Source: Paraspadella gotoi (taxonomy: Eukaryota; Animalia; Chaetognatha). From it: DNA of 11,513 nt. Location of the stretch: the NCBI GenBank assembly GCA_051294375.1, contig JBJCIZ010001066.1, positions 10,823 to 22,335 on the forward strand, written 5' to 3'. The translations under genes and the position numbers were made by a program. Below the pieces are notes generated by a model. That model had not been told where the DNA came from and made no database searches. It saw only the letters and a program-made list of their open reading frames with translations. Shown piece after piece: positions 1 through 9,169 of the stretch. How positions within the stretch are numbered: the first letter of the stretch is position 1; every line of letters begins with the position of its first letter.

Positions 1-379
1 GTTGATCAGGCCGATCTCCTCCGACTTCTTAAAGCAGGGACTTAAGTTGAGCCTGTAGTCAAGTCATCTAAATAATCCCGCGCGACTAAGTGGTACTGGC
101 AATCACAGAGGCCTGCGGTCTATACAACGTCGAAGCATTGGACTGCGAAGGACACTCCACAAAGAGCCAACGAAGTCTCAGCGCTAGCAGAATCTAGCTC
201 CTGGACAAGGCTCGGTCAAAATCCATCTAGGTGAAAACCAATATTTTGGCATATGAAAAGAACCAAAATAGCTTACACAGTCAGTCACTGAACTACAAGC
301 GCTATCAAAAACCAGCCAACGACTGCCTGAACGGGAACACGCTGAACAGTCTCCAATCCACAGTGCCTCAGAGTTAGCC
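1..379 (-). repeat. Inverted copy of 3245-3598 (probably extends beyond the window start)
   Basis: Manual alignment. 2-40 TTGATCAGGCCGATCTCCTCCGACTTCTTAAAGCAGGGA is the reverse complement of ~3559-3596. The match continues to CAGTGCCTCAGAGTTAGCC (361-379), which is the reverse complement of GGCTAACTCTGAGGCACTG at 3245. Differences are mostly indels and increase towards the gap. Confidence 0.95.
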
Positions 380-449
380 CGATAGGCTTATGGGTAACGA
401 AGCACACTTCAGAGAAAGAAGCGTGTGAACTGTCGACAGTGGGTGCTCC

Positions 450-549
450 NNNNNNNNNNNNNNNNNNNNNNNNNNNNNNNNNNNNNNNNNNNNNNNNNNN
501 NNNNNNNNNNNNNNNNNNNNNNNNNNNNNNNNNNNNNNNNNNNNNNNNN
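450..549. other. Assembly gap (100 N, probably an unknown-size placeholder)
   Basis: Exactly 100 consecutive N. Confidence 0.99.
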
Positions 550-990
550 AGATCTGCCTATTGCAATATATTGTCATGAAATCGATGTCAGTCTTTTCCA
601 ATCCGGGCAGAGGTCGGTGATAAACGACGCTGTAATCTCCGGACTCAAAAATGCTCTTTGGAAGAATTCGAGTTGGTTTCCCTTTGAAATGATTGTTTCC
701 ATCCGTCCTTTTCCCTCGCAACGATAGGGGTAGGTTATGGAGGACCTGATTAAGCGGCTCTTTGCATGATGGAGCGAAGGAGTCGTGTTCCGCAGGAGGA
801 AAGGATTTTGTGGCATCTCCTCGAAGTCGCAAAAGAAAAGAAGCGAGCGGCGAGTTAAACTCAGCCACACGCATCACGCACATTTGAACAAACGGTTCTC
901 TCCGGCTGCGATTGCTTTGCAGGAAAAGTACATGTCGTATTCCTCGATCTCTCCACGCAGGAAGGCTTCTATCAAAATATCGGTGCGCGA
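550..990 (-). pseudogene. Probable frameshifted C-terminal continuation of the exonuclease ORF, truncated by the gap
   Basis: Protein-like segments overlap in successive frames: RTDILIEAFLRGEIEEYDMYFSCKAIAAGENRLF / MCVMRVAEFNSPLASFLLRLRGD...QVLHNLPLSLRGK / METIISKGNQLEFFQRAFLSPE / DYSVVYHRPLPGLEKTDIDFMTIYCNRQI. The joins are inferred by eye. Confidence 0.55.
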
Positions 991-3164
991 TTACAAATTA
1001 TGTCGAGGTAAAGTCGTGACAGAGGCAGATTAGCAACCTCTGAACATGTTCGGATGAACCGGCCAACACGATAGTTGGAAAACTTTTCCTTAAAGTTGTT
1101 GATGTCGTTTAAATTTTTATGAAAACCTGTTGAACGCAGTTTTTCCAAAATCAAATCTTTTCGCCTGTAGTAGCGAGAAACGAATCCTATCACCGAAGAA
1201 ATTTCGGCTTGGTCGAACTCCTGCGCAGCCGCCTTCAATATATGGGTTCGACTGTCGTTCTCGAGAAAATAATCCAACAGGACCATCGCGGAGCACGAAA
1301 AATATCTCAACTGGACGAGAGAATGAAGACAGCTTGTCCCAAAGGCTTTCTCTTCGACGATCGCTGTAACAAAATCATTGAGGCGCCGTGTTGGAAAGAA
1401 GCCAAACATGGCGCGAGCGAGGAGGTACGCTTTTCGTCGATTATTTTGTTTCCTCTTGGGCATGTGAACGAGGATCTTGACCCATACCTCTATCGTCTTC
1501 GCTGTAGTCGGTTCTCGCTTCCTGTTAAGAAATCGCTGAAAGTCCGCGATTTGCATTTTTGTCAGAGCTTTGGCAGCGGCAACGGCGGGATCCTCAATCG
1601 ACTCTGTCCCACGCCGAGCGTGAGGCAGAGATGGGCCGTGGGGCCTGATCGATGTCCTAACTGGCGAAGCCGTCGTAGTCGGAAGTCTTAACTGGACCGG
1701 GCAAGAAATGGCCGGCTTGTCAACCTTTGCCGGAGACAGAGCTGGCTGAGCCTCGGATTCGGCTTCTGCGGCTGAAATTGTCGTAGCTGACTTGATGGGC
1801 CTGTCACTTCGAGGTGGAGAAGGGGAATGAGCACTCTGACTCCCAAGATCAGCTAAGTCTTCCTCGACAAAGACAATTTGGATTTTAGTGTCTGTTCTTA
1901 TTTCTTTCAATCTTATAATAGCAATTTGCTTTTTCAGGCGTCGCACCATCTCAAACTTTTCGGCGTCGGCCACTCGCATTTCGAAGAAGGGTTGGCACTG
2001 TTTGAGCACCGCGACGCTGTTTTTCTCATGATCACTTTGCGGGCTGTCTTCCTCGTAAGCTTTGACGACGCTGAGGATGTAGTCGTTGATCGGAAAGGCA
2101 TGGTTGCCAACTTCTCTCGCGAAAGCAGTAGAGGTGAGACCCAGGAATCCAAGCAAGGTCTCTGTAGCATCCCTTGAGGCACGAGCGTCAAGAGCTGCGT
2201 ATACCAGCTGTTCTGAGGACAGCGGCGATCGTTCCTCTGCAAAATCAGACGTATGATCCCTGTGGAAGCCTCGCTTATCCAAAAAACGATCACAAAAGAC
2301 GAAGTTGAAGAAAAAGGCCAATGAGACCTGAAACTCATGGGCCCATTGTCCTGACTGGACGAAGCGACGCAATTCCCGAGGGCCTTGAGCCAAACTTTGG
2401 CAAAATCCATAGAGGTCAGTCACCTCGATGTAACGAATATTCACTGCCTTGTTGAGCGGAATTGACAGGGTTTCGCAAAGTTCCAGCAGATCTTCTCTGA
2501 CATTTTTGCCTACAAATATCACCTTTCGGTGTAGAAGAATTTGGAGAAGATGACTGGGGACGCCCTCGCTCAAACAAGATTCCGCGACCGAAGATTTCAA
2601 TTGATAGACAACATTCACATCTTCCTTTCCAACTTTCGCTGATAGTTGAACTGTCGCGGCGCTTCCTTCCGAATCAAAGCCAAGGACGACATGGTGACCA
2701 GGCTTGGCCAGGAGCGTGGCGAAGCATGCACCTGCCATCCTGTCGCCATTATGATCACGGACGTGGATAATTTTTGACGCCGACATCTTCTCTAGCTTGA
2801 GACACTTGGACAACTCCGCGAACTCATATTCTTGGTAACGCGCCTTGTCTATAGTTTTCGTCGGTAAAGCATTATTCTTAAAGGGCGGAATCCTGTCGAG
2901 ATTTACATACAGAGATTCTGGATTGATGTCGTCCGGCAGTTTTATCTTCCTTATTTCCGCATCAGGGACGGGCGGAATTATCGGAGTTGAAACAGAAGGG
3001 AGGACGATCGCAGGCACCTTAGCGGGAGGACCGATCTCACAAGAAATTTGAGGAGGAAGCACAGCAGGAAACCTTGGAAGGTTATCCTCTGGCGGAGACG
3101 TGACCTCACGGGAGTCTGCTGCTAGAGCATATAAACTCTGCGTAATAGTCTTTCTTTTCCCCAT
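972..3164 (-). CDS. DEDDy (DnaQ-like; WRN-exo/EXD2/Mut-7/RNase D-type) 3'-5' exonuclease domain protein, ~730 aa from the first ATG at 3164
   Basis: Uninterrupted ORF (the track's 3200 start is TTG). ExoI VVLGFDSEG at 2690-2664 followed by TVQLS; ExoII ILLHRKVIFVGKNVREDL at ~2540-2488; ExoIII LSSEQLVYAALDA at ~2223-2185. Pro-rich N-terminus, S/P-rich linker at ~1850-1600, helical C-terminal region. Confidence 0.88.
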   Translation of the reverse strand: MGKRKTITQSLYALAADSREVTSPPEDNLPRFPAVLPPQISCEIGPPAKVPAIVLPSVSTPIIPPVPDAEIRKIKLPDDINPESLYVNLDRIPPFKNNALPTKTIDKARYQEYEFAELSKCLKLEKMSASKIIHVRDHNGDRMAGACFATLLAKPGHHVVLGFDSEGSAATVQLSAKVGKEDVNVVYQLKSSVAESCLSEGVPSHLLQILLHRKVIFVGKNVREDLLELCETLSIPLNKAVNIRYIEVTDLYGFCQSLAQGPRELRRFVQSGQWAHEFQVSLAFFFNFVFCDRFLDKRGFHRDHTSDFAEERSPLSSEQLVYAALDARASRDATETLLGFLGLTSTAFAREVGNHAFPINDYILSVVKAYEEDSPQSDHEKNSVAVLKQCQPFFEMRVADAEKFEMVRRLKKQIAIIRLKEIRTDTKIQIVFVEEDLADLGSQSAHSPSPPRSDRPIKSATTISAAEAESEAQPALSPAKVDKPAISCPVQLRLPTTTASPVRTSIRPHGPSLPHARRGTESIEDPAVAAAKALTKMQIADFQRFLNRKREPTTAKTIEVWVKILVHMPKRKQNNRRKAYLLARAMFGFFPTRRLNDFVTAIVEEKAFGTSCLHSLVQLRYFSCSAMVLLDYFLENDSRTHILKAAAQEFDQAEISSVIGFVSRYYRRKDLILEKLRSTGFHKNLNDINNFKEKFSNYRVGRFIRTCSEVANLPLSRLYLDIICNRAPIF

Positions 3165-3244
3165 GATAGAACTTGTTATGCGCCTAGATAAAGGATTCAA
3201 GTTGAATTAATAGAATTAAATAGCTCAAATCGGTATAAAGGAAT

Positions 3245-3598
3245 GGCTAACTCTGAGGCACTGTGGATGGAGACTGTTCACCCGTCAGCAGTCCTGCTGT
3301 TTCTTGATGCCTTGTGGTTCAGCTTGACTGTGAAGCTACTTTGGTTCTTTTCATTTCCATATCATTTTGCACCGTGGATTTTGACCGAGACCTTGTCCAG
3401 GAGCTAGAATTCTGCTAGCGCTGAGACTTCGTTGGCTCTATGTGGAGTGTCCTACGCAGTCAATGCTTCGACGTTGTATAGACCCAGGCCTCTGTGATTG
3501 CCAGTACCACTTAGTCGCGCGGGATTATTTAGATGACTTGACTAAGGCTCAACTTAAGTCCTGCTTTAAGAAGTCGGAGGAGATCGGCCTGATCAAAC
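3245..3598 (+). repeat. Repeat unit duplicated in inverted orientation at 1-379; possibly part of an LTR or promoter region
   Basis: Direct reverse-complement match to 1-379. Confidence 0.93.
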
Positions 3599-3788
3599 CA
3601 GTCTCTTCGTGTGGCACGACTCCATCGGTCTATTTGCAGTCCGCCTCTACAATAGCACGGGTGCCCCCCAATACCCACATATTCCATACAACATTTTTCA
3701 CTTCAAAGGTTCTGTGAATATCCCTTCGCGAGTTGACTTTTCACCCATCTTCCCAAGGACAAAGGACAAGGGGTAAGCTTCGTTCATC

Positions 3789-3806
3789 TGGCATCAAGCC
3801 CTAGGC
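3789..3806 (+). promoter_or_regulatory. Weak candidate primer-binding site after a possible LTR end (…GTTCA-TC-TGGCATCAAGCCCTAGG)
   Basis: CA + 2 nt + TGG geometry fits an LTR/PBS junction. No exact tRNA match recognised. Confidence 0.25.
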
Positions 3807-3854
3807 GCGGATTTTCAAAAGAAGGTAGTTTGAAGGTCATTACGGATCAGATTT

Positions 3855-4330
3855 CCTTTTTTTGGTATGTTTGTTTTTTTTTGTTGTTTTTTTTTTGCGC
3901 CGTTCTTCGAGAAGTTTAGGACTTGCGCTATATTCACCGATATCCTCTGACAACACCGTAAACTTGTCATTGTCTGAACTTTTTATAATATCAAAAATAG
4001 AACGAAAACTACTCTTACTCTAGAAGTTAGACAATGAAGTGCATGAAACCCGATTCTACATCTCTGATCATTTTTTTAATATACTTATCTAGTATGATCA
4101 AAATATCAAAAACTGGTAATCTAGGAAGTAATTGCTGTTTCTTTTTTATTCGATATTCTTTAAATTTATATTTTTTTTAATTTCTAAAAAAATAAAAACA
4201 ATGTTTAACTTACAGGTCTAAAAAATCAGGTTGTCGAACGTTTCTTAGTTTATGTTCTCTCTCACGAATTTTTGGCCATTTAACAACAATACTGTTTCAA
4301 GCATTAGCAATTTTACAATCTTATCTGTCA
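3855..4330. other. AT-rich, T-tract non-coding spacer (5' leader, intron-like or host DNA)
   Basis: Poly-T runs at ~3857-3896 and ~4170-4200, no ORFs, donor-like GTATGT at 3865 and acceptor-like TTTAACTTACAG ending at 4215. Confidence 0.6.
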
Positions 4331-4384
4331 TTACTCTGTGTAATAAAGGGTGACTTGCAGTACCGCCTTCCGATATGCATAAAA

Positions 4385-5200
4385 ATGGGAAGGAGAAGAC
4401 AAGCTTAAGCGACGAAGGAAGAAGAGAGGAAGAACAACGAGCTCCTTAAAGAACTTGTTGATCCTCTTAGGAAAGCTAAAGAATATTTGGGAGATTTACA
4501 GACCCTTGCTAATTGGCGTCCAACGCGAAAAAGGAACATAGCTCGGACACAGTCCCAGATTCTCGTGGTGATTCAAATGCTGAAAATAGATTTTCACGAA
4601 ATATCTTGCTAAGACATTGGCAAGCATTCCTCCTGCACATAGAACACGCTTTGAACACGAAGTAAACTCTACAATCATGGTCCTTGGATAATGACATCAA
4701 AAGCAATTGGGTTTGATTCACTACGTGCTAAGTTAGCGTCAGCAGATGGAGAATTAGTCGATTTTATTGAGAAAACACAGTTCCTCTTTATCCTGATTTC
4801 GAATTACCTCATTTGAAGTACAATCTTGATTGGAAATAACCTTCACCTGTAATATTCCTGTTTACGAATTGGATTATCGCGTCAGTCAAATTACCGAACT
4901 GTTCTTGCGAAAGGTGGAAGTCTATTGTTGCCCTAAGAGCTTCATCAAGAATCTGTCTTGCTCAGATTGTGTCACAAGATCCAGTATTTCTCTTCTTCGA
5001 TCACCCACAAAACTCATCTGGAATCCAACACCTTTACTCTTAACAATCTCAAGATCTTTAGATCTTACTGCTCAAAATTGAGTCCTACCTTCTTTGATCA
5101 TCCTAAGACCCGTCTGGAAATTAACTATTTTATCATAAGGAATACTGAGTCACTTTATGTCCAATATGCAAATACCTTCAAGAAATGTTGCCTTATATAA
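4385..5200 (+). pseudogene. Frameshift-broken extra ORF (ORF0) upstream of gag, unknown function; 3' end uncertain (4839, 5200 or up to 5484)
   Basis: ATG at 4385 in AAAAATGG context. Stitched frames: MGRR(D)KLKRRRKKR..KNNELLKELVDPLRKAKEYLGDLQTLANWRPTRKRNIARTQSQILVVIQMLKIDFHE / LAKTLASIPPAHRTRFEHEVNSTIMVL / KAIGFDSLRAKLASADGELVDFIEKT / VPLYPDFELPHLKYNLDWK, then track ORFs 4830-5081 and 4958-5200. Confidence 0.55.
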
Positions 5201-5390
5201 TTATCAATGGTTCTCCCTCAAGACGCTTCCGCTTCTTTCGTATGACATCACAGATTTTCCGACGACTCATCCTCTGTTCAACAGAGCGTGAGTGCCTTGT
5301 TCTCTTCGAGATATACCAGTTTTTGCCTTTGACCGTTTCTGTTGCTTTGTTTTACCTACTCAACCCCCTTATCTTTTGCACACATTCGTT

Positions 5391-6578
5391 ATGGCCACTG
5401 CTAGTGCCAGTCGTGAGAAAGCAGCTTCGTCCATTCCTGTGGACAAGTTCGATTCTGAGAATGATGATTTCGAGGAATGGATAGAGCTCTTTGAAAAAGC
5501 TGTTGCTTTGGCTACATTAGTCTCTTTCCGAAGACAGAACGCATCAAATTATGCCTCCATTGGTTACCTCTAAAGCTGGATGATTCAGCTCGTGAAGTAT
5601 TCAGACGATTCCCGAAAGAACTTATGCTCAGGTTAAAGCCAAAATGATCATTCTTTTAAATGACCCTCAAGAAGCTTATCGTTGGCAAGCTAAGAAGACC
5701 ACAGTCGAATGGGATGGCAAAGAGTCCATGCATCATTTGGCTGCAAGAATTATCAGAAGGTCAACAAATACGAGAAAGATTTGGGTGATGATGCAAGAGC
5801 CCGGGAGCTGTTTTTCAGATTTCGTAGAGCTCTGCCTAAGCCCTACCGTGATGCCATCGATTTAGGCTGTAATGAAGATTCACGCACTATTACTGCAGCG
5901 AAAAATATTGCGCTGCGCGTTCAGATTACTCAAGAAGAAGATTCAAAACCTGAAAAAATCCGTTGGCTTTACTGGAGCTGCAATGTCTGATGACCGCATG
6001 CTGAAGTTGAGCGTGCCGTTGCTCGGCCTTCAACTAAGTTTGAAAACCTGGCTTCGGATCTCAAAGCGAGATAGTAGGAAGAGAGAAGACAAGGACAGAG
6101 TCCGTGGCAATAGAGATCATTCCCCAAGGCCCCGTGACTCCTCTGTCTCTTCAATCTGGTAGTCTGATAACCAACGTGGACGTGATGCTTGCGTTCTTGG
6201 GACGGAGTGGGCTATAGGAGTAGTAGCAGTTATGAATGACAGCCGTGACAGTCGCAGCCGCGACAGCCGCAGTCGCGATAACTACGCCGCGACATGAAAT
6301 CGCCGCTACGATCGTTCGGTGATCGCAATCCTTCCGCGATGGCCGCCGTAATGACCGACAGGAATTATCGCAAAAGCAACCGCGGCGACAGCCGTGATAT
6401 ACCGTGATAGACGTAACCGCGAGCAGAGTACCGTGCGGTCACCAACTGTCAGATGAAGATAGTGGTAACAACCAAAGTGAAGAAGAAGCTGTTAGGCAAT
6501 TCTTGAAGACTCGGAGGAAAGCCAAAAAGGCTTAGGAAGAAGAAGAATCCTCCATCGGAAACTTCATCGGAAAACTGA
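5391..6578 (+). pseudogene. gag: gag (multiple frameshifts as assembled)
   Basis: MATASASREKAASSIPVDKFDSENDDFEEWIELFEKAVALAT..WLPLKLDDSAREVF..ARELFFRFRRALPKPYRDAI is capsid-like (P.KF...DF..W...FE). The tail is R/S/D-rich and ends …PSETSSEN* (TGA 6576-6578). Confidence 0.85.
6241..6279 (+). repeat. Imperfect 15-nt tandem repeat encoding SRDSRSRDSRSRD
   Basis: AGCCGTGACAGTCGC AGCCGCGACAGCCGC AGTCGCGAT. Confidence 0.8.
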
Positions 6579-6619
6579 AGAGCGATCCTGCATGGGTCAA
6601 GCAGCGATCGATGGTTGAC
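6569..6619 (+). promoter_or_regulatory. -1 programmed ribosomal frameshift signal at the gag/pol junction, with a hairpin or pseudoknot
   Basis: Slippery G GAA AAC (6569-6575) directly precedes the gag stop. After a 7-nt spacer, stem CGATCCTGC (6583-6591) pairs with GCAG(C)GATCG (6601-6610). Loop GTCAA (6596-6600) is complementary to TTGAC (6615-6619). The -1 frame reads GKLKSDPAWVKQR. Confidence 0.7.
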
Positions 6620-6654
6620 GAGACCTAAGACATAAAGCCTAAATGGAAAGCAGA

Positions 6655-6960
6655 GTTTATGATAAGAGTTGATGGAAAGAAGATCGCCACTTTGGGCGAT
6701 ACTGGGTGACAAAGAGTTGCATTAGTGAAGAATTCCTAAGAGACAATCCTGTAATTAGATCGCAGCTTTCGCCCTTTTCCTCTAAGGGCAAGCCATAAAT
6801 GGAATGGTGTTCTTACTATTGGCATAGTTAATGTAAATTTAGAATAGATAACACTTACCTTCGTATGAACTGCAGAGTAGTTAAAGGTTTGGTCCAGCCC
6901 ATCATTCTTGGCTGGGACTTTTTCTGTAAATATTCAGCTACATTGTGCCCTCTGAGAGGA
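6655..6960 (+). other. Retropepsin aspartic protease domain
   Basis: IRVDGKKIATLGDTG (DTG at 6698-6706), then TKSCISEEFL after an indel; IILGWDFF at 6901-6924. Confidence 0.9.
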
Positions 6961-7599
6961 CGTCTTAGGTTTCTCGGAAACCAGTCGTCCCACTTATAGA
7001 GGATTCTCATCATATTACCGGATGTTATTATCAAGTGCCGGAAGATATAGTTATCCCTGCTCTTTCAAAGATTCATCTCGATGCCGGAGCTCAAGCTCGA
7101 CAGCGAGTATGCTCCAAGAGCAACGAAGACAATCATAACTGACCCGTTTCCCACCATGGAGGTCATGTTTGGGCATGTAGAGCATGTGCTTATGTTGATG
7201 AGGGCAGATTCATGACTGAACTCATCAATTGTAGTCCAGTTAGCATGAAACTGGAGGCTGGACATATCCTTGGATACGCCGAATTTACGGATGACAAGAC
7301 GTTTGACAACTTTTCCTTGGAAACCGATATGCTTTGCTCATATTCTAGTGGAGATTCCGCTTATGGAACAGGCGAAGATGAGCAATCTGAAGACGAAAGC
7401 GATGTTAGAAGAGGAAGTCGGATCCTCCTCAGGATTCATGCTAGAGAAAAAGCAGAAGCTTTATCTAAAGCTTCTCCAAAAGTGGAAGACAATATTCCAC
7501 CAGGTGCCCAAAAAGTTGTCTATTGAATATAAAGGCATGGCTAAGGAGGCCCTTCCCTACAAAGATAGGTTAAAACACCTTTTGGAAGTTAAACATGAG

Positions 7600-8570
7600 A
7601 AAGCATTCTCCAAACATAACAGGGATTATGGAAGGACAAACTTGATACAATATCGAGCAAACCTCAAAGATAGAGATGCCCCACCATTGCAGTCCCTCCA
7701 TATCGACAAGACCAGAGATGCGTGATGTGATTGATAAACAAGCCTTTGAGATGATAGCTGATGGGCTCATTAGTCACTCAGTTAGCCCATATTCAGCTCC
7801 TATCTTGCTAGTAAGAAGAAATCTGGTGGTTGGAGATTTCTCACCGATTTCAGAAGAGTAAATGAAAGGTGCAACAAGGTGGTCTACCCCTGCCGAGGAT
7901 TGAGGATTCAATTCAGCGCCTCGACAACCCTAAAATCTTCACGTCTCTCGACCTAACAAAAGGTTTCTGGAGATCCCTATTCACCCTGATGACCGCAAAT
8001 TTCTTTGCTTTCTCAACCGAATCAATGCATTTGGAATACCAAGTAGCACCAATGGGTGCCAAAAACTCACCAAGCTGCCTTAGCTCACTCATGCAGCTCG
8101 TGCTGCGTGGGTTGCCCCCGCAACATGTTATCAGCTATATGGATGACATTTTGGTTGCAGACAACAACATGGAGGATCACCTCAAACACCTGGATCAGGT
8201 GCTGACCGCCTTGGAAGGTGCTGGGCTCAAGCTCAACCCTTCAAAGTGCAAATTCGCGCAGGAATCTGTGGTATGTCTTGGACATAAACTCTCAAAGATG
8301 GCATTGGCCACCAGATCCTGCCAATGTTGAAAAAATCCGTTCATGGAAAGCTCCCGAAAATGTCAAACGCACTCAAAACATTCCTTGGCCTAACAGGATA
8401 TTACCGCCATTATGTCAAAGACTACAGCAAAATTGCTCTGCCACTCTCTGATCTCACCATGATGGTGTGGAATGGTCTTTGGAAAGAAGAACATCAAAAA
8501 GCCTTTGAGGAACTCAGACATATTTTAATCTCGGATCAAATTATGTCTTACCCAGATTTTGAAAACCCTT
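7600..8570 (+). other. Reverse transcriptase domain plus connection
   Basis: SPYSAPILLV, WRFLTDFRRVN, PLPRIED, SLDLTKGFW, PMGAKNSP, YMDD at 8136-8147, LKLNPSKCKF, CLGH, FLGLTGYYR. Confidence 0.97.
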
Positions 8571-8940
8571 TATCTTAAAAGTGATGCTTCTCTTCTGGCT
8601 GTAGGCTACGTCCTAACCCAGAAGATAGATGGAAAGGAAAAAGTCATTTCTTATGGTGTCAAAGAAACTGTCTAACCCAACAAAAATGGTCCTACTTATG
8701 ATCGCGAATTTTTTTGCACTATCTATGCGCAATTCGCGCCAATTGCCATTACTTAAGGCATGCACCGTTCATTGCTATAACATGACCATCGGCCTTTACT
8801 TTCTTGGAAAGAAAGTTGATCCCAAGAAAGACGCCACTGGGAGAAGGACTAGATGGGCCATCAGCTTGATCAATATGAATTTGAGCTTCTACACAAGCAA
8901 GGCAAGATACATACTGGATGCAGATGCAATGAGCAGGAGA
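8571..8940 (+). other. RNase H domain (Ty3 type)
   Basis: KSDASLLAVGYVLTQ (D at 8583), TYDREFFAL, DHRPL, RRTRWAI, DADAMSR (~8917-8937). Confidence 0.93.
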
Positions 8941-9169
8941 GGCGAAGAAGACGAAGATCCTTGCGAGGAAGATGATTATGCCCTTGGAAAGTATGACAAT
9001 GAATGGGCTCTTTTGGGCATTGATGCATTGGATGAATCTAACATCGTTACACTCAATGCCGAAAGCTCTCGTCTAAAAACAAAAGCAAGAAGCCGATTCT
9101 ATAATATCTGAAATTATGGAATTCGTCAAGATGAGAAGAAGACCACCGAGGTCATTTCCTGAAAAATGG

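Noticed and set aside
374-727. Track ORFs reading through the N run
   Set aside because: Their continuity across the gap is an artefact of N codons.
785-3051. Shadow ORFs overlapping the exonuclease (e.g. 1209-1691 +, 1878-2177 +, 1934-2410 -, 2845-3051 +)
   Set aside because: Antisense or alternate-frame by-products of a long coding region, with no motifs.
3442-3717. 91-aa + strand ORF
   Set aside because: GTG start, no motif, and it lies in the repeated, probably non-coding segment.
4514-4527. TGGCGTCCAACGCG resembles a tRNA-Lys PBS (TGGCGCCCAACGTG)
   Set aside because: It has two mismatches, is not preceded by CA, and sits inside the most protein-like stretch of ORF0 (ANWRPTR). Not fully excluded, because errantivirus LTRs can end in TAATT.
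7869-8330. Prokaryotic RT system (retron, DGR, group II intron, CRISPR-RT) with a DnaQ partner
   Set aside because: The RT is embedded in gag-PR-RT-RH-IN with Ty3/Gypsy motifs; no CRISPR array or template/variable repeat pair was seen.
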